Part shown: in pieces, positions 31,687-42,538 of the stretch
Layout: each line of letters starts with the position of its first letter
How positions within the stretch are numbered: the stretch's first letter is position 1
DNA from: an uncultured Gammaproteobacteria bacterium
Lineage (GTDB): Bacteria; Patescibacteriota; Microgenomatia; CAZETR01; Amesbacteraceae
Assembly: GCA_964518565.1 (NCBI GenBank)
Contig: CAZFGX010000001.1
Location: 267,046-331,045 of the forward strand
Direction of reading: 5' to 3'
DNA: 64,000 nt
Notes under the pieces: generated by a model
What the model was told of the DNA's origin: nothing
The model's database searches: none
What the model saw: the letters and a program-made list of their open reading frames with translations, nothing else
Position numbers and translations under genes: made by a program

Positions 31687-32954
31687 AAATTGCTATTATT
31701 GGCGCAGGATTCACAGGGCTAGCTGCAGCACATCAATTAGGTAAAGATCACAATATTACAGTATTTGAAAAAAACTTAAACCCTGGTGGACTGGCACAGG
31801 GTTTTAAACAGTCTAATTGGGACTGGAGTTTAGAAGATCATTATCATCATATTTTTACTTCAGACAAAAATATTTATGATTTAGCTTTGAAAGTTAGACA
31901 TCCAATAGACTTTTATCAGCCAAAAACCAGCACATGGATAGATAACCATATATATCAACTTGATTCCGTGGCTTCTCTAATGAGATTTACTCCCTTATCA
32001 ATGATCTCTAGAATCAGAACCGGAATAGGTATGGCATCTTTAAAATTAAATCCATTTTGGAAACCTTATGAATATTTTACTGCCAAAAAGATGATTCAAT
32101 CCATGATGGGCAATGAATCTTGGGAAAAACTTTGGTCACCACTTTTTTTTGGTAAATTCCACTCATATGCCGAACAAATATCAGCCGCATGGTTTTGGTC
32201 CAGGATATATAAAAGAAGCCAGTCGTTAGGATATCCCCGTAAAGGATTTTTATCATTGGCTAAAACTATTGAATCAAATATTATATCCAATAAGGCAAAA
32301 TTTATTTATGGTACAACAGTCGAAAGAATTAAGTCAGTAAAGGGTGGAATAGAAATAAGAGCAGATGGCAAAAGCCAAATATTTGACCGAGTGGTCTGTA
32401 CATTACCTACAGCATATTTTTGTAAAATAACACCAGAGATCGAAGCAGATTTTGTACGAAAATACACAAAAATTGAGGGTTTGGGAGCTATAAATTTAAT
32501 TCTGTCTTTAAAAAATAATTTCTTCTCGGATGGAACCTACTGGTTAAACATCAACGATAAAAAAATACCCTTCCTTGCCGTAGTTGAACATACCAATTTT
32601 ATCTCTGAAAAATTTTATCATAATGAACATTTAATTTATGTAGGGTTATATGCTCCATCCTCTGATCAACGATTTAGCTATTCAGAAAAAGAACTTCTTT
32701 CATTGTATTTACCACATTTACAAAAAATTAACCCGAATTTTTCTGAAAAACAAATTAATAATATTTGGCTTAAAAAAGCAGCCTTTGCCCAACCTATAAT
32801 CCCTATACACTATTCTAAAAGCATCCCACCCATACGTACCTCAATGAAAAATGTATTTCTAGCAAATATGCAACAAGTATATCCCTGGGACAGGGGAACC
32901 AATTATGCAGTAAAATTAGGAATGGAGGTAGCCAAAGAATGCACCACAAATTAA
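31683..32954 (+). CDS. FAD/NAD(P)-binding oxidoreductase (amine-oxidase / protoporphyrinogen-oxidase / UDP-galactopyranose-mutase-like superfamily).
   Basis: KIAIIGAGFTGLAAAH...VFEKNLNPGG dinucleotide-binding fingerprint at the N-terminus. ATGA overlap with the upstream gene. Confidence 0.65.
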   Translation: MKIAIIGAGFTGLAAAHQLGKDHNITVFEKNLNPGGLAQGFKQSNWDWSLEDHYHHIFTSDKNIYDLALKVRHPIDFYQPKTSTWIDNHIYQLDSVASLMRFTPLSMISRIRTGIGMASLKLNPFWKPYEYFTAKKMIQSMMGNESWEKLWSPLFFGKFHSYAEQISAAWFWSRIYKRSQSLGYPRKGFLSLAKTIESNIISNKAKFIYGTTVERIKSVKGGIEIRADGKSQIFDRVVCTLPTAYFCKITPEIEADFVRKYTKIEGLGAINLILSLKNNFFSDGTYWLNINDKKIPFLAVVEHTNFISEKFYHNEHLIYVGLYAPSSDQRFSYSEKELLSLYLPHLQKINPNFSEKQINNIWLKKAAFAQPIIPIHYSKSIPPIRTSMKNVFLANMQQVYPWDRGTNYAVKLGMEVAKECTTN

Positions 32955-34198
32955 AGCAAGTTACATCGTCGAGTACGTTTCAGCAATCAGCTATTACTTC
33001 AATATCAACCTTCCTCTCAGCTGGATTTGGGGCAATATACTATCTTATCTTGGCTAAAATAATTGGGGTAAGAGAGTATGGCCTATTCTCTTTAGGATTA
33101 AGTATTTTACTGGCTGGAAGTTCACTTGCAGACTTAGGCATGGGACCAAGTATCGTCAGATTTGTTAGCGGCCACAAGCAGGAAAATACCTATGCTCCGT
33201 ATGCAAATGTTGCACTCAGAACAAAGCTTGTTACATCTACAGTCGCAATTCTTATTTTTACTATTTTTGCATCTTTTATAGCAAATAATATACTGCATCA
33301 GCCAGAAGTGGCGGATTTACTTCCCTGGGTTGGTTTTAGTATCGCTAGTTTTGTATTATTTTCATTCTCTGCTTCTATGTTTCAAGGTCTCCAAGAGTTT
33401 TGGTGGTGGGGTGGTATTCAAGTTGGTGCAAATATATTTCGCTTAATCATCATGGGACTATTTATAATCTTAGGCATTCTAAGCGCAAAAGTCGCCTTAA
33501 TTCTTTTTGGAGCAGCACTATTATCAGCATTTATTGTTTCATTCTTCAAATTAGATAAAAAAATTTTGACAACTCGCCCCGATACATCGCATGCATTAAA
33601 ATTTTGGGAATTCAATAAATGGACAGCAATTTTTACAATTTCTGCCTCGATTGTTGGTCGATTGGACACAATACTCGCAGCTCGCTATGTTTCCATATCG
33701 CAAGTGGGGATTTACTCTCTTGCGTTAACAATGACCTCATTTTTGCCGCAGTTGTCAGGCGCGCTGGGAGCAGTAACAGGACCAAAATTTGCTGGTTTCT
33801 CAAACAGTAAGGAAGCCAAGCAGTATCTGCGTAAGGCGTTATTCTTCTCTTCATCAATCGCTTTAGTTTGTTGCATTCTAATGATTCCAGCAGCAGCATT
33901 TGTAATTTGGTTTACAGGTAAGGATTATTCAGATGCATTCATTCCGTTTCTTATTCTATTGCTGGCGGTTGGCTTATTTACTGCTACAAATCCAGTACGA
34001 GATATTATTTTGTACGGATATAAAAAACCAAAATTTTTCTTCTTTTCAAGTCTTATTCAAGCAGTAGTAGTATGTCTGATTGGCGCAACTATTATTCCTC
34101 GGATTGGTATTGTAGGGGCATCGATATCGATGCTAATAAGCCAATTAGTATTAATTGTATTAAGTATTTTTTATTATTCAAAATTAAAGATGAAATGA
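32939..34198 (+). CDS. Polysaccharide biosynthesis protein / oligosaccharide flippase (Wzx-like, MOP superfamily).
   Basis: 419 aa with about 12 hydrophobic helices. Conserved R/K residues between helices are typical of PST-family flippases. Confidence 0.65.
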   Translation: MHHKLKQVTSSSTFQQSAITSISTFLSAGFGAIYYLILAKIIGVREYGLFSLGLSILLAGSSLADLGMGPSIVRFVSGHKQENTYAPYANVALRTKLVTSTVAILIFTIFASFIANNILHQPEVADLLPWVGFSIASFVLFSFSASMFQGLQEFWWWGGIQVGANIFRLIIMGLFIILGILSAKVALILFGAALLSAFIVSFFKLDKKILTTRPDTSHALKFWEFNKWTAIFTISASIVGRLDTILAARYVSISQVGIYSLALTMTSFLPQLSGALGAVTGPKFAGFSNSKEAKQYLRKALFFSSSIALVCCILMIPAAAFVIWFTGKDYSDAFIPFLILLLAVGLFTATNPVRDIILYGYKKPKFFFFSSLIQAVVVCLIGATIIPRIGIVGASISMLISQLVLIVLSIFYYSKLKMK

Positions 34199-35001
34199 CG
34201 GTTTCTGCACACTGCATGGTAAAAAATGACGATCAGTGGATATGGTATGCAATACAGTCTATTTTACCAGTCGTTGATACCATACATGTCTATGATACAG
34301 GATCAACCGACAATACACTGAAAATTGTCAGATCAATTAATAGTAATAAAATACAAATAAAGGAATTTTTAACAAATACAGCAGAGGAGATTACGTTATG
34401 TAGACAAAAAATGATGGATGTAGAAAAAAATGACTGGGTACTTTTTCTTGATGGTGATGAAATTTGGCCAGACTTGGCACTCAAAAAAAGCGTTGAATCT
34501 ATTCAAAAAAACCCTTCAATTGATTATTTAATTAGTTCGTATCGTAATCTTTTGGGAGATGTATATCATTACCAGGAAAACTCAGCGGGAAAATATAAAA
34601 TAAAAGACAAAGAAGGTCATATAACTATTCGATGGATAAACAGAAAAAAACTAGCACCATTAATGTTTAGGTCTAACTACCCATATGAGGAACTTTGTCT
34701 TAAAAATGGAATGGCTCTTCAAAAGGATACAAAATTATCTTCTATATTTATTGATGAGCCGTATCTTCATGCTACACATTTAGTTCGGTCATCAAATGAG
34801 GAAGCTACTTTCAATAGAAAATATAAAATTAAATACGAATTTGGACATAAAAACAGTGAAAGCTTTATATATCCGACATCGTTTTATTTCCCTCACGGAA
34901 ACTTGATTCCTTCTGCATGGACAGAACGTAAAATAAAATATAATTTTTTTGCATCTATACAAACTCCGATAAAAAAACTGAAGAGAAAACTCTTGATATG
35001 A
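34195..35001 (+). CDS. Putative GT2-like glycosyltransferase.
   Basis: CMVKNDD...VYDTGSTDNT and LDGDE (DXD) motifs. I chose the start at the ATG at 34195 (MTVSAH), which gives an ATGA overlap with the flippase stop. The track ORF begins at 34072, inside the flippase gene. Confidence 0.55.
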   Translation: MTVSAHCMVKNDDQWIWYAIQSILPVVDTIHVYDTGSTDNTLKIVRSINSNKIQIKEFLTNTAEEITLCRQKMMDVEKNDWVLFLDGDEIWPDLALKKSVESIQKNPSIDYLISSYRNLLGDVYHYQENSAGKYKIKDKEGHITIRWINRKKLAPLMFRSNYPYEELCLKNGMALQKDTKLSSIFIDEPYLHATHLVRSSNEEATFNRKYKIKYEFGHKNSESFIYPTSFYFPHGNLIPSAWTERKIKYNFFASIQTPIKKLKRKLLI

Positions 35002-35990
35002 AAATTGCGTTTTTAAGCTACTACTCAGGAAAAATATTTAGAGGCGCTGAAAAGTATGTGCATGAATTGGCGAATGGGTTAGTAAAGCTTGGACACGATG
35101 TTTCGGTATATCAATCCGGTGATAAAACTATTGGAAATTATTATCAAATAAAACCTTACAACGCCAAAGAGAATATACCAAAAGAAATGGTTAATTATGA
35201 TTGTGTAATCCCAGTAAATGGTAAATTTCAAGCGATAAATGCGAGTTTATGGGCAAAATTTAATCATAAAAAAATTATCATCGCAGGTCAATCGGGGTTA
35301 GGGTTAGACGACAAAATTAATCTATTAGTCTTCCCAGACATTTTTGTTTCATTATCTGAATATCAAAAACAATGGGCAGGCAGAGTTAATCCATTTGTTA
35401 AAATTAAAAAAATACCCAATGGAGTAAATTTGCAAGAATTCAATCCAAACACTCGCCCTTTTTTAAAAAAAACAAATCAGAAAACAATTCTGTCTGTGGG
35501 AGCTTTAACAAAAGCAAAAAGGCATGATTTACTGATTCAGGCAGTATCAAAAATTCCAAATTCTAAATTAATCATTGTTGGTACAGGGGATGAAAAAAAT
35601 TTCTTGCATGCTTTAGGAAAAAAATTAATCCCAGGTAGGCTTCAAATATTATCTTTGTCATACGAAGACATGCCCGGAATATATACAAGCGCAGATGTTT
35701 TTGCGTTTCCATCAGTCCCTTGGGAATCCTTTGGAATTGTGTTACTTGAAGCCATGGCAAGTGGGTTGCCCATTGTTACAACAGATGATCCAATCCGTAG
35801 AGAAATTGTTGGCCCAGCAGGAATATTTGTTAAACCCGAAAATATTGATGAATTTGTAGCCGCTCTTTCGACAGCGATACATAAAAAATGGGCTAACGTG
35901 GCAGTGAATCAAGCTTCGGGCTACTCTTGGGACATTGTTGCAAAAAAATATTCAGAAGTTATAAAGGATATATGCCAAAAATCTCATTAG
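34998..35990 (+). CDS. GT4 glycosyltransferase.
   Basis: GAEKYVHELA N-terminal motif and WESFGIVLLEAMASGLPIV EX7E motif. Confidence 0.8.
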   Translation: MKIAFLSYYSGKIFRGAEKYVHELANGLVKLGHDVSVYQSGDKTIGNYYQIKPYNAKENIPKEMVNYDCVIPVNGKFQAINASLWAKFNHKKIIIAGQSGLGLDDKINLLVFPDIFVSLSEYQKQWAGRVNPFVKIKKIPNGVNLQEFNPNTRPFLKKTNQKTILSVGALTKAKRHDLLIQAVSKIPNSKLIIVGTGDEKNFLHALGKKLIPGRLQILSLSYEDMPGIYTSADVFAFPSVPWESFGIVLLEAMASGLPIVTTDDPIRREIVGPAGIFVKPENIDEFVAALSTAIHKKWANVAVNQASGYSWDIVAKKYSEVIKDICQKSH

Positions 35991-36685
35991 TTGTAGTTAG
36001 TTACAACGAGGCTACAAAGCTAGAAAAGTGCTTAGAGTCAGCGGTAAAAAAAGTAGATGAAATAGTATTGGTTGATATGGGCTCAACAGACAATTCGATA
36101 AATATTGCTAAATCTTTTAATGCTGAAGTATTTACCCACACTCATGTACAAGTAGTCGAACAAATAAGAAATTTTGCAATTTCGAAAGCGAAGAACGACT
36201 GGGTACTAGTATTAGATCCTGATGAGCAAATTACTGAAAATCTAATAAAAGTGCTCAAAGAAACGGTTCAAAATAAAAGCATATCTGCAGTAAATATTCC
36301 AAGAAAAAATATTTTTTTTAACAAATGGATTCGTCACTCAAATTTCTGGCCTGACCATCAGATAAGATTCTTCAAAAAACAGTCGATAGTCTGGGATGAA
36401 AAAATTCACTCCTACCCGAAAATTTCAGGAGAAATAGTCAAACTTGATGAAAATCCAGAGAATGCAATAATTCATTACGGATACGACTCGATTGAAAATT
36501 TTATTACCAGACTTAATCGTTATACTTCAAAAGAAAAAAATTCAAAAAATCCAATTATAGAGTTTGGCAAAAGGTATTTCTGGCACGCAGGATTTCTTGA
36601 TGGCATGCATGGATTAGTTGTGTGTACACTTATGTGTATATATTATATTTCGGTTTGGGTAAAAATATGGGAAAAGAAAAAATAA
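35972..36685 (+). CDS. GT2 family glycosyltransferase.
   Basis: ISLVVVSYNE, LVDMGSTDNS and LDPDE (DXD) motifs. I chose the start at the ATG at 35972 (MPKISLVVV). Confidence 0.75.
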   Translation: MPKISLVVVSYNEATKLEKCLESAVKKVDEIVLVDMGSTDNSINIAKSFNAEVFTHTHVQVVEQIRNFAISKAKNDWVLVLDPDEQITENLIKVLKETVQNKSISAVNIPRKNIFFNKWIRHSNFWPDHQIRFFKKQSIVWDEKIHSYPKISGEIVKLDENPENAIIHYGYDSIENFITRLNRYTSKEKNSKNPIIEFGKRYFWHAGFLDGMHGLVVCTLMCIYYISVWVKIWEKKK

Positions 36686-38037
36686 TTTTTGTTACGATCG
36701 TAATAGTTTCATTGTTTTTAAGAACAATTCATATCGACCAAAGTTTGTGGCTAGATGAGGGTGCGCAAGCAGTATTATCAAATAATTCAATACACTCAAT
36801 TTGGTTCGAACGTCGTGCAGATTTTCATCCACCACTATTTTATATTGTCACACATTTCTGGCAGGCAATAAGCAAAAACGATTCATGGTTAAGAGTTCTT
36901 CCAATTATGTTCGGAATGGCAAATGTCATTATTATGTTTCCGATTGGCAAGGCAATTTACCCCAATTCAAAATACGCTGGACATATATCGGCTGGATTAT
37001 TATCTTTAGCACCCTTTCATGTGTATTACTCTCAGGAATATAGATCGTATTCATTGCTCTGCTTGCTATGTTCAATTTCTTTATTTTTCACAATTAAAAA
37101 AAAGTTTCTGTTACTAGGTTTTGTAAACGCCTTAATACTTTATACACATTATTCTGGAATATTTTTTATTTTAGCTGAGGTGATATATATATTTGCATAT
37201 CAATATCAAACCAAAAATAAGTATTTGGCATCCCTCGCGATAAGTTTATTTTTATTCTTACCTTGGCTACCAATGTTTATTGAACAATTAAAGTCTGGTG
37301 TAAATATTAATGAATATTTACCAGGCTGGTCGAATGTTCTTAGTATTAGCCCAGTAAAAGCGTTACCAATATTATTATTTAAATTAATTGCAGGAAGAAT
37401 AAATCTTCTTTCAAAAATTATATATGGGATATATGCCACATTAACAATTGGGATCATATTTTCCACTTTTCTATTTCAATCAAAACATAGAAATTTGCTC
37501 ACTATTTTTACATTCATCCCAATTGGATCAATCATACTACTGTCATTAGTTTTACCTCAAACACAGCCATTTAGAATAATCTTCGTTTTACCCATACTTA
37601 TACTTTGGTTTACAAATGCAGTATTAAAATATCCTAAGTTATTTTTAACTTTATTTATTTATATTTCTATTTTTGGAAATGCAATGTACTTCACTCGAAT
37701 ACGACTTCAAAGAGAGCAATGGCGTCAAACGGGAGAATTTTTAGCTCTCAAGCCCATGCCAGTAATAGTAAAATTTCCTACGAGTTTTGCTCCCTTAATT
37801 TGGTATCAACCGGATTTACCTGTCATAGGTGTGGTACCAACATTTCCAGCAAAAGTTGACGAAGTTGCAAAGCACCTGTCTGAAACTGAAGAAAAACAAG
37901 TCTATTTACTAGATTATTTAACTGATTTGACCGATCCCCAGCGAGTAGTAAATCAAGAATTAATTAAAAGAGGATATACAGAAACAAAAATTATTGATTT
38001 TCCAGGTGTTGGCTTTGTTAGAGAGTACAAGAAATAA
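36667..38037 (+). CDS. GT-C fold glycosyltransferase (PMT/ArnT, GT39/GT83-like).
   Basis: About 12 hydrophobic helices. The first extracytoplasmic loop carries WLDEG, an acidic DE motif, as in PMT/ArnT-type GT-C enzymes. I chose the start at the ATG at 36667 (MGKEKIIF). Confidence 0.6.
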   Translation: MGKEKIIFVTIVIVSLFLRTIHIDQSLWLDEGAQAVLSNNSIHSIWFERRADFHPPLFYIVTHFWQAISKNDSWLRVLPIMFGMANVIIMFPIGKAIYPNSKYAGHISAGLLSLAPFHVYYSQEYRSYSLLCLLCSISLFFTIKKKFLLLGFVNALILYTHYSGIFFILAEVIYIFAYQYQTKNKYLASLAISLFLFLPWLPMFIEQLKSGVNINEYLPGWSNVLSISPVKALPILLFKLIAGRINLLSKIIYGIYATLTIGIIFSTFLFQSKHRNLLTIFTFIPIGSIILLSLVLPQTQPFRIIFVLPILILWFTNAVLKYPKLFLTLFIYISIFGNAMYFTRIRLQREQWRQTGEFLALKPMPVIVKFPTSFAPLIWYQPDLPVIGVVPTFPAKVDEVAKHLSETEEKQVYLLDYLTDLTDPQRVVNQELIKRGYTETKIIDFPGVGFVREYKK

Positions 38038-38040
38038 GCA

Positions 38041-39312
38041 ATGTTGGGAGTATTACTTCAATTAATTCACGCAGGAATATTATTTTTTAGGCCCTATACA
38101 GTGTTTCCGGAGTTTTATATATTTCCATATTTATCTACAGCTGGATTGGTCCCATACCTTCAAATTATCGATCAACATAGTCCAGGTTTATTTTTATTAC
38201 CAGTAAACTTTTTTTCATTAGGATTTAAAAATACTGAATCCTTTAGAATTTTAAATATTGTGCTGGTTTTGTTTCAATCAGCGCTAGTTAAAAAAATTTC
38301 ACCTTACAAAAAAACCTCAATATTAGTTTATACCATCTTACAGGTATCGATTGCTGGAGATGCAATTTGGTTTGACTCATTAATTCCACTTTTTACACTA
38401 CCAGCATTATATTTTTTACAAAAAAAAAGATTGGGTAAAGCGGGACTATTATTAGGATTAGCGATTTGTTTTAAACAGACAGCAATTATTTTAGTAATTG
38501 GGATATTAATATTTTATTTCAAAAGCTCAATTAAAAATCTTACAAAATTTATTTTAGGAACGAGTGTATTTCCAGCAATGCTCGTCGCATATCTAATCTC
38601 AAAAAATAGTTTGTTTGATTTTTTTCAACAAGTGATTTTATTTAATTTTAAAATTTATCCAAAATTAGCACTTGTAAGACCTGAATGGTACGCGGTAATT
38701 GTAGGTTTATTATTGCTGACACTATGTCTCGTATATATTTTTTCTCACTCATCGCAGAAAAGTTATTTGATTTTTATTTTTGCAGTAGGCTCAAGTATTG
38801 TTGGTCTAACTCGATTTGATTTATACCATTTACATGCATCAATACCTTTTGTATCCATTATTATTTCAATAATCATCTATCAAAAAAATAAACTTGGAAA
38901 AATACTCGTTTTAGTCTGCGCGGTAAAAATGACACTATTATTTTTTTCGTACCATACATTCAATTATGATAATTATCAGACACGAGAAATTGCAAAGACT
39001 ATTATGAAATATGTAAGACCAAAAGAAAAAATATATTTATTTGGAGTTCAACCCCATGTTTATTCAATGTCCAACACTCTTCCTTCAGGAAATTTTTTTA
39101 TGTTCCAATTACCATGGTATTTACAAACATATGAAAACCAACAAATACAAGCATTAAAATCAGATATGCCTAAGTTGGTAGTTGTAGATGAATCCAGTTC
39201 TGTTGATGGAAAAATGACTGCTTTATCAGCACCTAATATAGAAGAATTTATCTCATCTTATTACCATGAAGTTGAAAGAAAAGACACAATAGTATTTCTT
39301 GCCCCAAATTAA
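38041..39312 (+). CDS. Polytopic membrane protein of unknown function. Possibly a GT-C-like mannosyltransferase.
   Basis: 423 aa and highly hydrophobic, with more than 10 predicted helices. It sits between membrane glycosyltransferase genes. No recognisable motif. Confidence 0.35.
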   Translation: MLGVLLQLIHAGILFFRPYTVFPEFYIFPYLSTAGLVPYLQIIDQHSPGLFLLPVNFFSLGFKNTESFRILNIVLVLFQSALVKKISPYKKTSILVYTILQVSIAGDAIWFDSLIPLFTLPALYFLQKKRLGKAGLLLGLAICFKQTAIILVIGILIFYFKSSIKNLTKFILGTSVFPAMLVAYLISKNSLFDFFQQVILFNFKIYPKLALVRPEWYAVIVGLLLLTLCLVYIFSHSSQKSYLIFIFAVGSSIVGLTRFDLYHLHASIPFVSIIISIIIYQKNKLGKILVLVCAVKMTLLFFSYHTFNYDNYQTREIAKTIMKYVRPKEKIYLFGVQPHVYSMSNTLPSGNFFMFQLPWYLQTYENQQIQALKSDMPKLVVVDESSSVDGKMTALSAPNIEEFISSYYHEVERKDTIVFLAPN

Positions 39313-39350
39313 AATTTTATTATGTAGATTCTTAATTTATAATAATATAT

Positions 39351-40382
39351 ATGAAAGTTGGATTTGATGTATCGCAAGTAGTGTTTGGCAGTGGTGTATC
39401 AGACTACACACAAAATATAGTAGATGAACTGCCTAAAAAAATAATTACTTCAGTAGGTTTTTCCTTAAATCAAACATCGTTACTCAAAAAAAATATCCCC
39501 GGGGTAAAGAGTTACCGAATTCCATTGGGCATAATTGAGCAATTGTGGAATAAACTCCATATTATTAAATTTGAGAAATTTTCAGGGAATATAGATATTT
39601 ATCATGCATCTGACTGGACCCAAGCACCTTCAGATGCAAAAAAAGTAACCACTATTCATGATTTATCGCCCTTTTTGTATCCACAGGAAGTTCATAAAGA
39701 TATTGTAGAGGTTCATAAAAGAAAGATGTATTGGGCAGAAAAAGAATGTGATGCCTTCATATGTGTCTCAGAGAATACTGCAAAGGACCTAAAAAGAGTC
39801 TTTTCTGTTTCTGTGTCAAAAATATTTATTGTTCCCGAAGCCTTGCCAAAAAGATTTATGCTCAACCCAAAAAAATCAAAATATTCAGAATACATAGTAA
39901 CAATCGGCTCACGCCAGCCAAGAAAAAATATTCAAAAATTAATAGATGCATATGAAAAAAATAACATTGCCAAAAAGTTAGGTTTAAAGCTTGTAGTTAT
40001 AGGTGAAAATGACCTAACAACAAAAAACGACAACATTATCTTTACGGGATATGTATCTGAACAAGAATTGGTAGATATTGTTGCTAGTGCAGAAGTATGC
40101 GTATATCCGTCATTATATGAAGGGTTTGGTTTGCCGGCGTTGGTTAGTTTTTATCATCAAACACCATTTGTTTGTTCAAACAATTCATCACTTCCAGAAG
40201 TTGTAAGCGATGCAGGAGTATTGGTTGACACAAACTCCGAATCAGAAATAATTGATGGTATATATCAAGCCATAAAAAATAGGACAAAATTAATCAAGGC
40301 TGGAACGCAAAGACAAAAACAATTTTCGTGGAGGTCTGCCGCAGAAAAAACGTATGAAATTTATTCATCACTTATAAAATAA
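39351..40382 (+). CDS. GT4 glycosyltransferase.
   Basis: YEGFGLPALVSFYHQTPFV EX7E motif. Confidence 0.75.
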   Translation: MKVGFDVSQVVFGSGVSDYTQNIVDELPKKIITSVGFSLNQTSLLKKNIPGVKSYRIPLGIIEQLWNKLHIIKFEKFSGNIDIYHASDWTQAPSDAKKVTTIHDLSPFLYPQEVHKDIVEVHKRKMYWAEKECDAFICVSENTAKDLKRVFSVSVSKIFIVPEALPKRFMLNPKKSKYSEYIVTIGSRQPRKNIQKLIDAYEKNNIAKKLGLKLVVIGENDLTTKNDNIIFTGYVSEQELVDIVASAEVCVYPSLYEGFGLPALVSFYHQTPFVCSNNSSLPEVVSDAGVLVDTNSESEIIDGIYQAIKNRTKLIKAGTQRQKQFSWRSAAEKTYEIYSSLIK

Positions 40383-40383
40383 T

Positions 40384-41490
40384 ATGTTAATCGGCATAGA
40401 CGCAAATGAAGCTAACCTGACTCAAAAAAGAGTTGGAATAAATCAGTATGCATTTGATCTTCTTCATGCCTTGTATGCAAATCCTCAAAACCATCAGTTC
40501 GTGATTTATCTCAAAAATCCTCCGCTCTCAGATCTGCCGCAGTCACGATATGGATGGGATTATCGAGTGATTCCATTTCCAAAATTTTGGACTCAAACGC
40601 GTTTACCATTTGACCTATTCACTCACAAACCAAGACCAGACGTTTTTTTTAGTATGACTCATTACGCCCCTCGTTGGTGCCCTATTCCGAGTGTAGTCGC
40701 AATTATGGATATAGGTTTCTTAAGAAATCCAGAACAGTTTACAACTAAAGATTTTACCCAGCTAAAAAACTGGACTAAATACTCTATTATGAAAGCTAAA
40801 AAGATCATTACGATTTCAAATTATACAAAAGAGGACATAGCAAACACTTACCACAAAACGTCACAAGAAATTATAGTGACTTACCCAAGTTACGACGAAA
40901 GTTTATTCAAGCCAACAAAAAATCTCACCGTTTTAAAAAAATATAAGATTAAAGATCCGTACATACTTTTTCTTAGTAGTTTAAAACCTAGTAAAAATGT
41001 TGAAGGACTAATTCGAGCGTTTAAAATTGTCTCAGAAAAAAACAAGCAATTAACATTAGTGATTTCAGGGAAAAAAGCTTGGCAATATGAGCGTATTTTT
41101 TCTCTTACCCAAGAATTAAATCTAGAAAAGAGAGTGATATTCACAGGCTTTGTTAATGAAAATGAAGTACCTGTCCTCATGAGTATGTCAAAAGCATTTA
41201 TTCTGCCTAGCTTTTTTGAAGGATTCGGCATTCCTGTATTAGAAGCTATGGCATGTCACGTCCCAGTTGTGATCTCGCAAGTAGCAAGTTTGCCTGAGGT
41301 TGCAGGTGAGGCTGGTATCTATATCGATCCAAAAGACCCAACTTCGATTGCTAGGGGTATCGATATCGCAATATCGGAAAAATCAAAAAAATTTGTATCT
41401 GAGGGTATAAACAGAGTAAAATTATTTAGCTGGAAGAAAACAGCACAACAAACACTAATATGTTTAGAGACCGCAATGGAAAAAAATTAA
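40384..41490 (+). CDS. GT4 glycosyltransferase.
   Basis: FEGFGIPVLEAMACHVPVVIS EX7E motif. Confidence 0.8.
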   Translation: MLIGIDANEANLTQKRVGINQYAFDLLHALYANPQNHQFVIYLKNPPLSDLPQSRYGWDYRVIPFPKFWTQTRLPFDLFTHKPRPDVFFSMTHYAPRWCPIPSVVAIMDIGFLRNPEQFTTKDFTQLKNWTKYSIMKAKKIITISNYTKEDIANTYHKTSQEIIVTYPSYDESLFKPTKNLTVLKKYKIKDPYILFLSSLKPSKNVEGLIRAFKIVSEKNKQLTLVISGKKAWQYERIFSLTQELNLEKRVIFTGFVNENEVPVLMSMSKAFILPSFFEGFGIPVLEAMACHVPVVISQVASLPEVAGEAGIYIDPKDPTSIARGIDIAISEKSKKFVSEGINRVKLFSWKKTAQQTLICLETAMEKN

Positions 41491-42050
41491 CCTTAGATCA
41501 AGTTTTAAATAAAGGTCTGAATAGGTTGCAAAACATTCTACTGGATTTAGAGCTCTATTTACTTTATGTCGTTGGATATATTCCCAGTCATATAATAAGA
41601 AATGCATTTTACAAACTAGCTGGTATGAATATTAATGGAACTGTCCACATGTGGGCCAGGTTCTATAACCCAAAAAATATTTCAATTGGCAAGGATTCTA
41701 TAATTGGTGACCACGCTTTTCTTGATGGTAGAGATGTGCTGAAAATAGGGGATCATGTAGACATTGCTTCAGAGGTAAGAATCTATAATGCCGAACACGA
41801 CATCCATTCCTCAGACTTTAAAGCAGCGAATGCTCCAGTATATATAGAAGACTATGTTTTTATTGGTCCAAGAGTCACCATATTGCCAGGGGTCCAAATA
41901 AAAAAGGGTGCAATAGTCGCAGCGGGAGCAGTTGTTACAAAAACTGTGGATGAGTTTGCTATTGTAGGCGGAGTACCAGCAAAAGTGATCGGTGAACGAG
42001 GTAATAAAAATCCTAGCTATAAGTTAGGAAGAGCGAGGCTTTTCCAGTAA
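41460..42050 (+). CDS. Left-handed beta-helix (hexapeptide-repeat) O-acetyltransferase (WcaF/WbbJ-like).
   Basis: Repeated [LIV]-G-x-x-x-x hexapeptides: IGDHAFLDGRDVLKIGDHVDIASEVRI and FIGPRVTILPGVQIKKGAIVAAGAVV. Confidence 0.75.
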   Translation: MFRDRNGKKLTLDQVLNKGLNRLQNILLDLELYLLYVVGYIPSHIIRNAFYKLAGMNINGTVHMWARFYNPKNISIGKDSIIGDHAFLDGRDVLKIGDHVDIASEVRIYNAEHDIHSSDFKAANAPVYIEDYVFIGPRVTILPGVQIKKGAIVAAGAVVTKTVDEFAIVGGVPAKVIGERGNKNPSYKLGRARLFQ

Positions 42051-42538
42051 TGAAATATTTAAATACATTATTTATTGGATTTTTTTTAATCGGAATAATA
42101 TATATTTTATATCCCGCATCTTCTTTTCCTCCACCACCAATAAATACGATTGTTTCAACGGAACCATCGGATACGGAAAGTATATATCGAAAGAGTTTTT
42201 TTACAAATTTATCCCGTGAAGAAATAATGGCATATTACAAACAAAGCTTTCCTCAGTCACAACGATTAAATCACCCTCCAGAGGACGCATTTATGTTAAT
42301 AAGAGACCAAACACGCAGCTCGTGGCTTGAAGAATTATCTAGACCATTTAAAAATACGCTATATATAAATGGTTTTTATCCAACAAAAGCGACAGAACAA
42401 ATATATCGCAACGGCAACCATTACAATGCAAAAATTACTATCAGATACATTCCCTACAACGTAGTAACGTCTATGACTGTATGGTGTTTAGCAGTATTAG
42501 CTACATACTTACTTATAAAAGAATATGTTAAAAAATAA
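42050..42538 (+). CDS. Hypothetical small membrane protein.
   Basis: 162 aa with N- and C-terminal hydrophobic segments. TAATG junction. Function unknown. Confidence 0.4.
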   Translation: MKYLNTLFIGFFLIGIIYILYPASSFPPPPINTIVSTEPSDTESIYRKSFFTNLSREEIMAYYKQSFPQSQRLNHPPEDAFMLIRDQTRSSWLEELSRPFKNTLYINGFYPTKATEQIYRNGNHYNAKITIRYIPYNVVTSMTVWCLAVLATYLLIKEYVKK